NCBI GenBank assembly: GCA_017694295.1
Contig: JADINA010000016.1
Location: forward strand, 10,552 to 74,551
Direction of reading: 5' to 3'
Source: Candidatus Alloenteromonas pullistercoris
Lineage (GTDB): Bacteria > Bacillota_I > Bacilli_A > RFN20 > CAG-826
DNA length: 64,000 nt
Shown here: positions 16,099-24,225 of the stretch, piece by piece
Numbering within the stretch: the first letter of the stretch is position 1
Layout: the number at the start of each line of letters is the position of its first letter
Position numbers and translations under genes: made by a program
Notes under the pieces: model-generated
The model's database searches: none
Seen by the model: only the letters and a program-made list of their open reading frames with translations
Told to the model about the DNA's origin: nothing

Positions 16099-17373
16099 AT
16101 GAAATTGCCAAATTACAAACCGCGTTTGATAGATGAAAGAATCAAATTGTATTTGACCACATTTGGCGCGCTGCTATTGGAGGGCCCTAAATGGTGCGGA
16201 AAAACTTGGTCGGCAAAAAACGCCTGCAATAGCGAATTCCTCCTATCCGATCCAACCGGCAATTTCAATAACCGCCAACTGGCCATAACCGATCCGAAGC
16301 TGGCCCTAAATGGCGAGAGACCCCGTCTTATCGACGAATGGCAGGAAGCGCCATCGCTTTGGGACGCCGTAAGATGGGAGGTCGATGAAACGCCGGAAAA
16401 AGGCCAATTCATCCTCACCGGCTCATCAAGCATAAACAAAGACCGCTATATCCATACCGGAACCGGGAGGATCGCCCATTTGAAGATGCGGACCATGTCA
16501 TTATTCGAAAGCGGAGATTCCTCTGGCCAAGCCTCGCTTTTGGATATTTGCGAAAACCGTTCGGAGAATATTTTCACCGGCGAGATAAAGCTAACGAGAA
16601 TCATCGATCTTATCCTTCGGGGAGGATGGCCGGCAGGGATAGGGCTCGATACGCAGCATTCCACATTGCTATCGCACGAATACGTCAACGCCATACTCAA
16701 CGAGGATATATATAAAGTAGACGGCCGAAGAAGGGACCGGCGCAAAATCGAACTGCTGCTAAAATCCTTATCCCGAAACGAATCGACGACTGCAACGGAC
16801 GCAAAGATCAAACAAGACATCAAGGACAAAGACCAAAATGACATCGACAGCAAAACAATCGCCGATTATTTGGATTTGCTGCATTGTTTGCATTTAACCG
16901 AAAACATCCCCCCATTTGGCCCGAGCATTAGGTCCCCGCTGAGGGTAAAGCAAAGCGAGCAAAGGCATTTCGTTGATCCCTCAATCCCCTGTGCCATCCT
17001 AAATTGCACCGAATCCAAGCTAATCAACAACCTCGACTATCTAGGCTTTCTCTTCGAGTCTTTGGTGGAGCGGGACCTACTAACCTATTGCGATGCCATC
17101 GACGCCCGCTTATTCCATTATCAAGATTACGAGGACAACGAAATCGACGCGGTCATCGAGTTTAAAGACGGTTCTTGGTGCGGGGTCGAAATAAAGCTAG
17201 GAGCCAATAAAATAGACGAGGCGGCCAAAAATCTTCTTCGGGTCAACGAGAAGATCAAAAGCAAAGGCGGGAAAGAGGCGAAATCCCTGCTTGTGATATG
17301 CGGATTAAGCTCCGCATCCTACAAAAGGGAAGACGGGGTATACGTCGCCCCGATAACCTCGCTTAGACCCTAA
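16099..17373 (+). CDS. AAA+ ATPase with C-terminal PD-(D/E)xK-like module (COG1373 type), copy 2
   Basis: Walker A LEGPKWCGKTWS, Walker B RLIDEWQ. The C-terminus NEIDAVIEFKDGSWCGVEIKLG carries the motif. Confidence 0.8.
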   Translation: MKLPNYKPRLIDERIKLYLTTFGALLLEGPKWCGKTWSAKNACNSEFLLSDPTGNFNNRQLAITDPKLALNGERPRLIDEWQEAPSLWDAVRWEVDETPEKGQFILTGSSSINKDRYIHTGTGRIAHLKMRTMSLFESGDSSGQASLLDICENRSENIFTGEIKLTRIIDLILRGGWPAGIGLDTQHSTLLSHEYVNAILNEDIYKVDGRRRDRRKIELLLKSLSRNESTTATDAKIKQDIKDKDQNDIDSKTIADYLDLLHCLHLTENIPPFGPSIRSPLRVKQSEQRHFVDPSIPCAILNCTESKLINNLDYLGFLFESLVERDLLTYCDAIDARLFHYQDYEDNEIDAVIEFKDGSWCGVEIKLGANKIDEAAKNLLRVNEKIKSKGGKEAKSLLVICGLSSASYKREDGVYVAPITSLRP

Positions 17374-17376
17374 GCC

Positions 17377-18486
17377 CTACTTCCTCCAAATCTCCCTATT
17401 GATAAGCGCGGTATTCGCCTCAATGAGATCGGCCACCGCATTGGCGACCCCGACGATGTCGTAATCGGGGACATTTGGGTGGCCTGGATGGGTATTCCTG
17501 GCTTTCTCTATCCCCTTCATGATCCCTTCATAGCCTAGCCCCACATGCTCGATGCTCCCCGCGATCTCGGCTTCCTGGCGTTCGGTGGAGGTTCTTATCG
17601 AAATTGAGGGGAAATCCAAGATAGAGCATTCCTCGGCGATTGAGCCGGAGTCGGAAAGGACGCAGTAGGCGCCTCGCTGCAAGGCGATGTACTCGAAATA
17701 ACCAAAAGGCTCGCATAGGCGAAGTAGCGGTGGGAGCCCCACCCCTTTCTCGGCAAGTTTCTTCCTCGTCCTCGGGTGGCAGGAGAAGATGGCGGGAAGG
17801 CCGATATCGACAACAGCCTTCGACAGCGAAGAGATAAGCTTAAGGAGGTTTGCGTCGATGTCGAGGTTTTCCTCCCGATGGGCGGAGATTACGAGGTATT
17901 TCCCTTTCTCAAGATCGAGTTTTGCGAGGATATCGCAGCTATCTATCTCCTTTTGGTGGGCTAAAAACACTTCCTTCAAAGGTGAGCCGGTTTTGCGAAT
18001 GAAACGCGGGTCCAAGCCTTCTTTAAGCAAGTTGCCTAAGGCGAATTCCGAATAGGGGAGGTTAAAGTCGGCGATGTGGTCGACGATGACCCGGTTGGTC
18101 ATCTCCGCCACGTTCCAATCGTCGCAGCGGTTCCCGGCCTCCATATGGAATATCGGGCATTTTAGGCGCTTGGCCGAGATGGCGGAAAGCGCGCTATTGG
18201 TGTCGCCTAATACCAGCAGGCAATCGGGCCTGACTTCGCCAATAAGGTCAAACGACTTTGATATGACCTCGCCCATCCTCCCCCCGAGGTTCCCCTTGTT
18301 GATGCCAAGGTAATAATCGGGTTTCCTTAAGCCAAGTTCTTCAAAGAAAACCTCGTTTAGGGAGTAATCGAAGTTTTGCCCGGTGTGAACCAGGATATGC
18401 TCGAAGCGCCTATCGAGCTCCTTGATAACCTCGGAAAGACGGATGATCTCCGGCCTGGTCCCGAGTATCGTCATGACCTTCATCAA
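17377..18486 (-). CDS. fnlC: UDP-N-acetylglucosamine 2-epimerase family (FnlC/Cap5G-like, third step of UDP-L-FucNAc synthesis)
   Basis: N-terminus MKVMTILGTRPEIIRLS. Non-hydrolysing 2-epimerase fold length (369 aa). Operon position after the FnlA/FnlB homologs. Confidence 0.8.
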   Translation of the reverse strand: MMKVMTILGTRPEIIRLSEVIKELDRRFEHILVHTGQNFDYSLNEVFFEELGLRKPDYYLGINKGNLGGRMGEVISKSFDLIGEVRPDCLLVLGDTNSALSAISAKRLKCPIFHMEAGNRCDDWNVAEMTNRVIVDHIADFNLPYSEFALGNLLKEGLDPRFIRKTGSPLKEVFLAHQKEIDSCDILAKLDLEKGKYLVISAHREENLDIDANLLKLISSLSKAVVDIGLPAIFSCHPRTRKKLAEKGVGLPPLLRLCEPFGYFEYIALQRGAYCVLSDSGSIAEECSILDFPSISIRTSTERQEAEIAGSIEHVGLGYEGIMKGIEKARNTHPGHPNVPDYDIVGVANAVADLIEANTALINREIWRK

Positions 18487-19538
18487 AACATCCCCCTATA
18501 GGTATCCGGGCAGTCCGGGTCAAAGGACTCGTTGCAATAGATGGCGAAGACGGCATCTAAATCCCCAACATTGAAGATGGTGTGGGTCCATTGCGGAGGA
18601 ACGATGACGTAAGGGAGGGAGGAGGAGGCATCCAAAGCGAATTCCCGTTTCTCTTCCCCTTTCTCCATAGCGAACTTGGCTTTCCCAGAAAGCAAAAAGA
18701 AGATCTCGCTTTTATGGAGGTGGAAATGGCCGCCTTTTGTTTCCCCGGGTTTTACCGAATTGGCGGAAAGCTGTCCGTCGAGTTCCCCGCGGATGAGCTC
18801 GGTGAAAGAACCCCGGGCATCGAGCTTTGATTCCTTAACGCCGCAAAGCCTCTCCAATGGCAAATAGGAGAAATAAGTCGACATGAGCCGAAGCGGGAGG
18901 TAATCATTGCCCCTATAATGGCCATATTTGGCATCATAAAGCGAATTCAATACCTCGCCGAGGGTCACAAGGCAAGGGGAAACCGGGTTATCGCCTTTGC
19001 CGTTAAGCAAATCAAAGCAACGTTCCCCCACTTCCTCGACATAGGATAGGCGAATGATTTTTTCCGCCTCGTCGGCTTTGGGGAAATTGCCGGAAGCCAA
19101 TTCGTCGCACCAGGTGGCGATGACGGAATTGTAATGCGGCCTCATATAGGGGCCGAATATGTTGGGTAGCCTTTCGATGATGGGGAGGATGGCTTTGCTT
19201 CCCCCCAATATCCTTTCGGCCTCCAGCTTGCTTTTCCCAAAGGCATCGTCCCTCCCGGCATGGATGGAGGAGGCGAAGTAAAAAGGAAGTGGAGCCGTCC
19301 TCGATGAAGCCTCTATTGATTCTATGAGCCTTTTGGTCAGCTCCACGTTGCCTTCGAAAAACTCGCTTTCCTCTTCGCTTCGGTTCACCCCGGCAAAATG
19401 GAAAAGGAAGTCGATTGAGGAGAAATCCGGGAAAGGGTCTCCCTTATCGAAGTCGAGGACTTCGATGCCATGAAGCGAAAGGTAACGGGAGACGAATCCC
19501 CCGAGGAACCCTTTGCTGCCGGTGACCAAGACCTTCAT
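18483..19538 (-). CDS. fnlB: FnlB/Cap5F-like reductase/epimerase (SDR N-domain plus C-terminal cupin)
   Basis: MKVLVTGSKGFLG Rossmann motif. PHYNSVIATWC. Cupin segment ARGSFTELI...VKPGETKGGHFHLHKSEIFFLLSGKAKF matches the CapF architecture. Confidence 0.8.
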   Translation of the reverse strand: MKVLVTGSKGFLGGFVSRYLSLHGIEVLDFDKGDPFPDFSSIDFLFHFAGVNRSEEESEFFEGNVELTKRLIESIEASSRTAPLPFYFASSIHAGRDDAFGKSKLEAERILGGSKAILPIIERLPNIFGPYMRPHYNSVIATWCDELASGNFPKADEAEKIIRLSYVEEVGERCFDLLNGKGDNPVSPCLVTLGEVLNSLYDAKYGHYRGNDYLPLRLMSTYFSYLPLERLCGVKESKLDARGSFTELIRGELDGQLSANSVKPGETKGGHFHLHKSEIFFLLSGKAKFAMEKGEEKREFALDASSSLPYVIVPPQWTHTIFNVGDLDAVFAIYCNESFDPDCPDTYRGMF

Positions 19539-19542
19539 AAAG

Positions 19543-20559
19543 CTATTTGAATAAGCTTAGGCGGCTAAGCAGTTGCTTAGTCTCCTCCTTATTCAATATC
19601 TTGGTCGATTCCGAGGTGAAGGGCTTGGCATCCTCGATTTTCTTTTCCCCAAGCGAGAAGTAGCGTTCGTAATTTAGGTCCCGGTTATCGTAGGGAATCC
19701 GGAAATAACGGCCCATATCGATCGCCCGGGCCATCTCCTCGCTGGTGACGAGGGTCTCAAACAGCTTCTCCCCATGTCTTGTCCCGATGACGTGGATTGG
19801 GTTGGAAGCCCCTTTTAACTCCAAAACGGCTTCGGCCAAGGTTTGGATTTTGCTTGAGGGGGCCTTCATGACGAACAAGTCGCCCTGCTTCCCGTTTTCC
19901 AAGGCGTATAAGACCAAATCGATCGCCTCGTCTAGACTCATTAGGAACCGGGTCATCTCCGGGTTGGTGACGGTAAGTGGCTTCCCTCTGGCGATTTGCT
20001 CAAGGAAAAGCGGGATCACCGAACCCCGGCTGGCCATGACGTTGCCATAACGGGTTAAGCAAAGAACCGGCCCGCCTTCGCCGATGTCGCGACTTCTTGC
20101 CACGACGTTTTTCTCCATAAGGGCTTTGGTTATCCCCATCGCGTTTATGGGATAGGCGGCCTTGTCGGTGGAAAGGAAGACGGCGGCCTTAACGTGGTTT
20201 TCGATGCAGGCGGTGATGACGTTATCCGAGCCAAAGACATTGGTTTTGGTAGCTTCCAATGGGAAGAATTCGCAGCTAGGCACCTGCTTAAGCGCGGCGG
20301 CCGAGAAAACATAATCGACCCCCCTGAAGGCATAGAAGATCGAGGAAAGGTCGCGGACGTCGCCGATATAAAACTTCAGCCTTTCCGAATTGAAGGCCTT
20401 GCGCATGTCGTCTTGCTTCTTCTCGTCCCGGCTTAGAATGCGTATTTGCTTCGCCCCAAGGGAAAGGAAGCGTTTGGCCGCCGCCGTGCCGAAAGAGCCG
20501 GTGCCGCCGGTGATAAGAACCGTCTTGTCTTGAAGAAAACTGCCCATATGGCCCTCCAA
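19543..20559 (-). CDS. fnlA: UDP-GlcNAc 4,6-dehydratase/5-epimerase (FnlA/Cap5E-like)
   Basis: Near-collinear with Cap5E/FnlA as I recall it: LITGGTGSFG, SRDEKKQDDMRK, ALKQVPSCEF, TRYGNVMASRGSVIPLF, IGTRHGEKL. The true start may be the internal Met at 20547. Confidence 0.85.
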   Translation of the reverse strand: MEGHMGSFLQDKTVLITGGTGSFGTAAAKRFLSLGAKQIRILSRDEKKQDDMRKAFNSERLKFYIGDVRDLSSIFYAFRGVDYVFSAAALKQVPSCEFFPLEATKTNVFGSDNVITACIENHVKAAVFLSTDKAAYPINAMGITKALMEKNVVARSRDIGEGGPVLCLTRYGNVMASRGSVIPLFLEQIARGKPLTVTNPEMTRFLMSLDEAIDLVLYALENGKQGDLFVMKAPSSKIQTLAEAVLELKGASNPIHVIGTRHGEKLFETLVTSEEMARAIDMGRYFRIPYDNRDLNYERYFSLGEKKIEDAKPFTSESTKILNKEETKQLLSRLSLFK

Positions 20560-20682
20560 TCCACATTATTGTAAATCAAATGAGGTGTCGATATCAGCCC
20601 AAATAAGATAAGGCCTGTGCCATCCGGAGAATTAAGTGGAAACAAATAACCGGATAATTCCACATGGGGTTAACGTTTTGAA

Positions 20683-22032
20683 TCAATTAAGGGCAAACAG
20701 CATATAGTATGGCAAGTACGTCAAATTGCCTTCGCTCGAAAACCGCTTATTGGCAACGATATATTTTTCCCCGACCCTTTTAGGGAACCTCTTGCCGAAT
20801 AACTCAAGCGATTCCTTTGATGAAACGTCGCGGGACTTTACCTCAAACGGGATTGTTTTCCCATGCTTGGAGACAAGGAAATCGATCTCATATCTTTTCC
20901 TTACCCCGTCTTGGCTTTGTTCCCACGAATAATAATAAGGCTCAAAGAAATTGGCGGTTAATATCTGGGCGGCGGCGTTCTCAAAAAGCATCCCAAGATT
21001 GGTTTTCAGCTTATCGAAAACCAAACGTTGATAAACGTCTTTCGCCTGTTTAGGTGAGTTGGCGTAGACGATCGAAGTGAACAAGCCGACATCGCAAAAA
21101 TACAGCTTAAAGGATCCTATGTCTTTTGTTAGCGAAAACCCGACGCTGGGGTCATTGGCTTTATAGACCGCGATAACGGTCTTCGACTCAACGAGTTTTT
21201 CCATTGTGCTATTGAAAAGCACAGAATCGGCCCTTTCGTTGGTTGAGGAAACAATGAATCTGGTCGAATGTTTCGATAGCATTGCCGGGATTTGAGTCCA
21301 AACCATATGGCAAATGGTGCCGAATCTGCTGTCTATTTTCCTTAAATCATCCTCGTATAGTTTCAAGATCTGCCTTTTTTGTCTGTCAACGGCATAGAGG
21401 TCGTGTGTTTCCAAATAGGCCTTTACGACCTGGGGCATCCCACCGATGGCCAAATAATTCCTGAAGTTTGACAAAAGCCTTTTGTGGGTAGGCTCGTCGA
21501 AAGGCACTCGATTGTTTAAATGCTCGACAATCGCTTTGGCTTCGAATTCTAGCCCGCAAGCCCAAAGGAACTCCTCGTAGTCCAAAGGGCACATTTGGAT
21601 GGACTCTTCCTCCGATGGTATTAATATGCTCTCCGTGTTTTCCCTAATCGAAACAAGAGACCCCGTTTCCACATAATAATATCTTCCGTCTGCGACAAGG
21701 GTTTTGATTGCCTGTCTGGCTTTAGGGCAAAACTGAACCTCATCGAAAATCAGCAAGCTTCCTTTGGGCAAAGGACTAATTCCCAAAGCCAAAAACAGTC
21801 TTTCAAAGAAAATGTCCACCCTACTCAAATCGTCGAAAACATTTTTCAATTCCTCTGATTCACGTGAGAAATCTATCGTTTTGAAGCTTGGAAATTCGCT
21901 TTTTCCAAAGGCTTCGGCAATCATGGTTTTCCCAACGCGTCTTGCCCCTTCGATGAGCAAAGCGGACTTCCCCTTCGATTCCGCCTTCCACCTTACCAAT
22001 TCAGAATAGATTTTTCGTTTTAGCAGTTCCAT
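20683..22032 (-). CDS. AAA+ ATPase with C-terminal PD-(D/E)xK-like module (COG1373 type), copy 3
   Basis: Walker A IEGARRVGKTMI, Walker B LIFDEVQ. The C-terminus YEIDFLVSKHGKTIPFEVKSRD carries the motif. The track start at 22038 is TTG, and the ATG at 22032 (MELLKRK) is preferred. Confidence 0.8.
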   Translation of the reverse strand: MELLKRKIYSELVRWKAESKGKSALLIEGARRVGKTMIAEAFGKSEFPSFKTIDFSRESEELKNVFDDLSRVDIFFERLFLALGISPLPKGSLLIFDEVQFCPKARQAIKTLVADGRYYYVETGSLVSIRENTESILIPSEEESIQMCPLDYEEFLWACGLEFEAKAIVEHLNNRVPFDEPTHKRLLSNFRNYLAIGGMPQVVKAYLETHDLYAVDRQKRQILKLYEDDLRKIDSRFGTICHMVWTQIPAMLSKHSTRFIVSSTNERADSVLFNSTMEKLVESKTVIAVYKANDPSVGFSLTKDIGSFKLYFCDVGLFTSIVYANSPKQAKDVYQRLVFDKLKTNLGMLFENAAAQILTANFFEPYYYSWEQSQDGVRKRYEIDFLVSKHGKTIPFEVKSRDVSSKESLELFGKRFPKRVGEKYIVANKRFSSEGNLTYLPYYMLFALN

Positions 22033-22076
22033 AACCAATATTAAGAATATCTTAAAAAATGAATATTTTTAACAGG

Positions 22077-22131
22077 ATTCGCAAAAAGTTAGGTTTTTAT
22101 TTCCTTGAAATTTGCAAAAAGTTAGGTTTTT
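22077..22131. repeat. Two direct copies of att[c/t]GCAAAAAGTTAGGTTTTT (18 bp perfect) spaced 33 bp apart, upstream of AAA+ ATPase copy 3
   Basis: gcaaaaagttaggttttt occurs at 22081-22098 and 22114-22131. Read in the sense of the gene, the copies contain TTTGCGAAT / TTTGCAAAT. TTTGCGAAT also occurs at 15951-15959, upstream of copy 2. Confidence 0.6.
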
Positions 22132-22477
22132 TTGAAAAACCCACAACCGAATTCCGCGTAGAGTTTCGCTAAAGAAGGAAGGATTCATTCGAAAGGCGGC
22201 AAAAGCGAACTCCCTTAATTGCGTTAACCCCTCCCAAAGCATTGCACATCCCCCTTATCGCCATTGGACGCCCTCCTTTTTTAAACCAATCCTTAAGTTT
22301 TGCTTGGCTATATCTCTCCCCTATCACCTTAACTACCTATTTTGCCTTAAAAAGACAAAACCGAAAAAAGCGATAAGTAATCAATAAGCGGTTTCAGTCT
22401 CAAATTGGTTGTTTCTAGCATTCATGGAAGCTAAAAGGAAATTCGGCGAATCAAACAAAAGAAGATAAGACAGACAA

Positions 22478-22990
22478 TCAATCTTTAATCGCCCTCATCA
22501 CCCGGCGGAAGGAAACCTCAATGGTCGATATCCTTTTCAAATCCAAAAATGCCGCGTATCGCTTCGAGGCGGATTCCAGCACCAAATAAACATCTTCGCG
22601 TGGCGAAGCAAGCTGAAAATCGAGGATGTAGGAGCAAGTCTGCCCCTTTTTTATCAATAGGCCATAGCCATCCTCAAAACGGACCAACGATGAATCGTCT
22701 TGCTTTGGGAAAGGCAAAGCCTCCAGCCTAGCCAAAACATGGTATCCGCGTTTTGTTTTCTCAACCAGGCAAAGGTTTTTGAATACCCGGTTCTTGCCCG
22801 TTTTGTTGGTGAAGGTCGCCTCAAGCTTGACCGTCTTCTCCTCTAGCATCGCCATCCGCCTGATCGAGGCAAGAAAATCGCCGCTTCGGAAAAGGAAGGA
22901 GGCGGCGTAGCCAAGCAAAATGACGAAGGCCCCGCCTATCGCCGCCAAAGCGGCATACCCCGCCCCTTCGGCGGCCAAAACGCACCACAT
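22478..22990 (-). CDS. Hypothetical protein with an N-terminal TM anchor and a roughly 120-aa soluble domain
   Basis: Hydrophobic N-terminus (AEGAGYAALAAIGGAFVILLGYAASFLF). I recognise no motif. Follows the 398-aa ORF after a 3-nt gap. Confidence 0.55.
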   Translation of the reverse strand: MWCVLAAEGAGYAALAAIGGAFVILLGYAASFLFRSGDFLASIRRMAMLEEKTVKLEATFTNKTGKNRVFKNLCLVEKTKRGYHVLARLEALPFPKQDDSSLVRFEDGYGLLIKKGQTCSYILDFQLASPREDVYLVLESASKRYAAFLDLKRISTIEVSFRRVMRAIKD

Positions 22991-22993
22991 CGG

Positions 22994-24190
22994 CTATCGG
23001 CCTTCCTTCTTTTTCCTTTTGGGCGAACGCTTAACCAAATAGTAGGCGAAGCAGGCAAGCGCCCCGATAAGGGGATAAACGAATAAGGGGATGGCAAAGC
23101 AAAGCCGAAGCCACGATGGGACCCCATAATGGCTTAGGAAGAAATAGGCGCCGGCCCCAAAGGAGAGGGATAAAAGATCAAGCAAACCGAAACCGAATAG
23201 GGAGATTTTGTTTTTCATCACCGACGAGGTCGGCGAATCGGCATAGAAGAAAACGGTCGGGAGAAGGGCCATAAGGGCAAAGCAGGAAGGCAAGGCGGCG
23301 AAGATGGTGGCCGTGCTGCCTTGGTATTCCCCATCGGAAAGAAAATGGAAAATGATCCCGGAGGCGGCACCAAGGGCCAAAAACACCAAGGCGAAGGGGA
23401 TATTGAGGCTAAGCGATTTCCGGTAGGCCTTCATTTTGTCCTCAAAAGCCATTTCCTCCTTGGCCTTGGGCTTATGGAGCCCATCGAACATCTTCCCCGG
23501 CTCAAGGGCTTGGGCCTTGACTAAGTCCAAAACGAAGAAGCGATAGCCTTCCTTTTGGGCCTGCTCCCCATAGGAAAGGGTGGAGAACATGCTTTCGACG
23601 CCCTCCTTTTCCTCCTTCTTGCCCGATAAGCGCGGCTCGCCCTCCCCCTTGCCTAGGTAAACGAGGATCGGGTAGGGGGCGAAGATAAGGCGGCAAAGCG
23701 AGCGGGTTTCCTCTTTAAATGGGCTTTCGGACAAATCCAAAAGCAAATAGCAGGGATGGGACTTAAGCCCGGCGTAGATAGTTTTCACGATATCGGAGAA
23801 GGCCTTTTTCCCCTCTTCCCCCATTTGACTCGATTCGACAAAGTGGGTTAAAGGCTCCTGCAGGGGCGAATAGTCGATCCCCTTTTTTGGCTCAAAATTG
23901 GCCTTGACCCCGTCTTCGTGGCAACTTAGGTAAGCAAACTCAGCCTTCGTCTCGCCCAAAAGCTCGGTTTCGTCGACGCAGAAAGAGCCTTCGAAAGCCT
24001 CTTTCTCCCCTTTAAGGACGCGTAGGGGCTTTTCCCAATCGCCCTCCATCTCCGAGTATCCTTGGAAATCGAGAATGAGGGAGAGGCTTTGGTCGGAATC
24101 TATTTCTTTGTAAAAGGCGCGGATCATCCCAAGAAGGGATTTTACTTGCTTTGCCCTTCCCTTTAAAGGGAAAGGGACAAGAAGAGGCAA
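22994..24190 (-). CDS. Hypothetical membrane protein: soluble N-domain of about 250 aa plus 4 C-terminal TM helices
   Basis: The ORF is long and the C-terminal TM segments are clear (IPFALVFLALGAASGIIF..., ATIFAALPSCFALMALLPTVFF...). The track start is TTG, and an alternative ATG at 24127 (MIRAFYKEID) exists. No family recognised. Confidence 0.55.
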   Translation of the reverse strand: MPLLVPFPLKGRAKQVKSLLGMIRAFYKEIDSDQSLSLILDFQGYSEMEGDWEKPLRVLKGEKEAFEGSFCVDETELLGETKAEFAYLSCHEDGVKANFEPKKGIDYSPLQEPLTHFVESSQMGEEGKKAFSDIVKTIYAGLKSHPCYLLLDLSESPFKEETRSLCRLIFAPYPILVYLGKGEGEPRLSGKKEEKEGVESMFSTLSYGEQAQKEGYRFFVLDLVKAQALEPGKMFDGLHKPKAKEEMAFEDKMKAYRKSLSLNIPFALVFLALGAASGIIFHFLSDGEYQGSTATIFAALPSCFALMALLPTVFFYADSPTSSVMKNKISLFGFGLLDLLSLSFGAGAYFFLSHYGVPSWLRLCFAIPLFVYPLIGALACFAYYLVKRSPKRKKKEGR

Positions 24191-24225
24191 AGGCGAAAGG
24201 ACAAAGGCAAAACAATAATCAGGCG

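Noticed and set aside
20600-20682. Terminator or attenuator between AAA+ ATPase copy 3 and fnlA (gtggaa...ttccac, with repeated ccgga[g/t]aatt)
   Set aside because: The stem is only 6 bp, the loop is 16 nt, and the U-tract is poor. I cannot distinguish it from chance in AT-rich DNA, so it is left uncalled.
11009-22477. Integrative mobile element (prophage, ICE or transposon) as the explanation for the island
   Set aside because: I could identify no integrase, recombinase, transposase, tRNA target, terminal inverted repeats or flanking direct repeats by eye. The island status rests only on composition and gene content.
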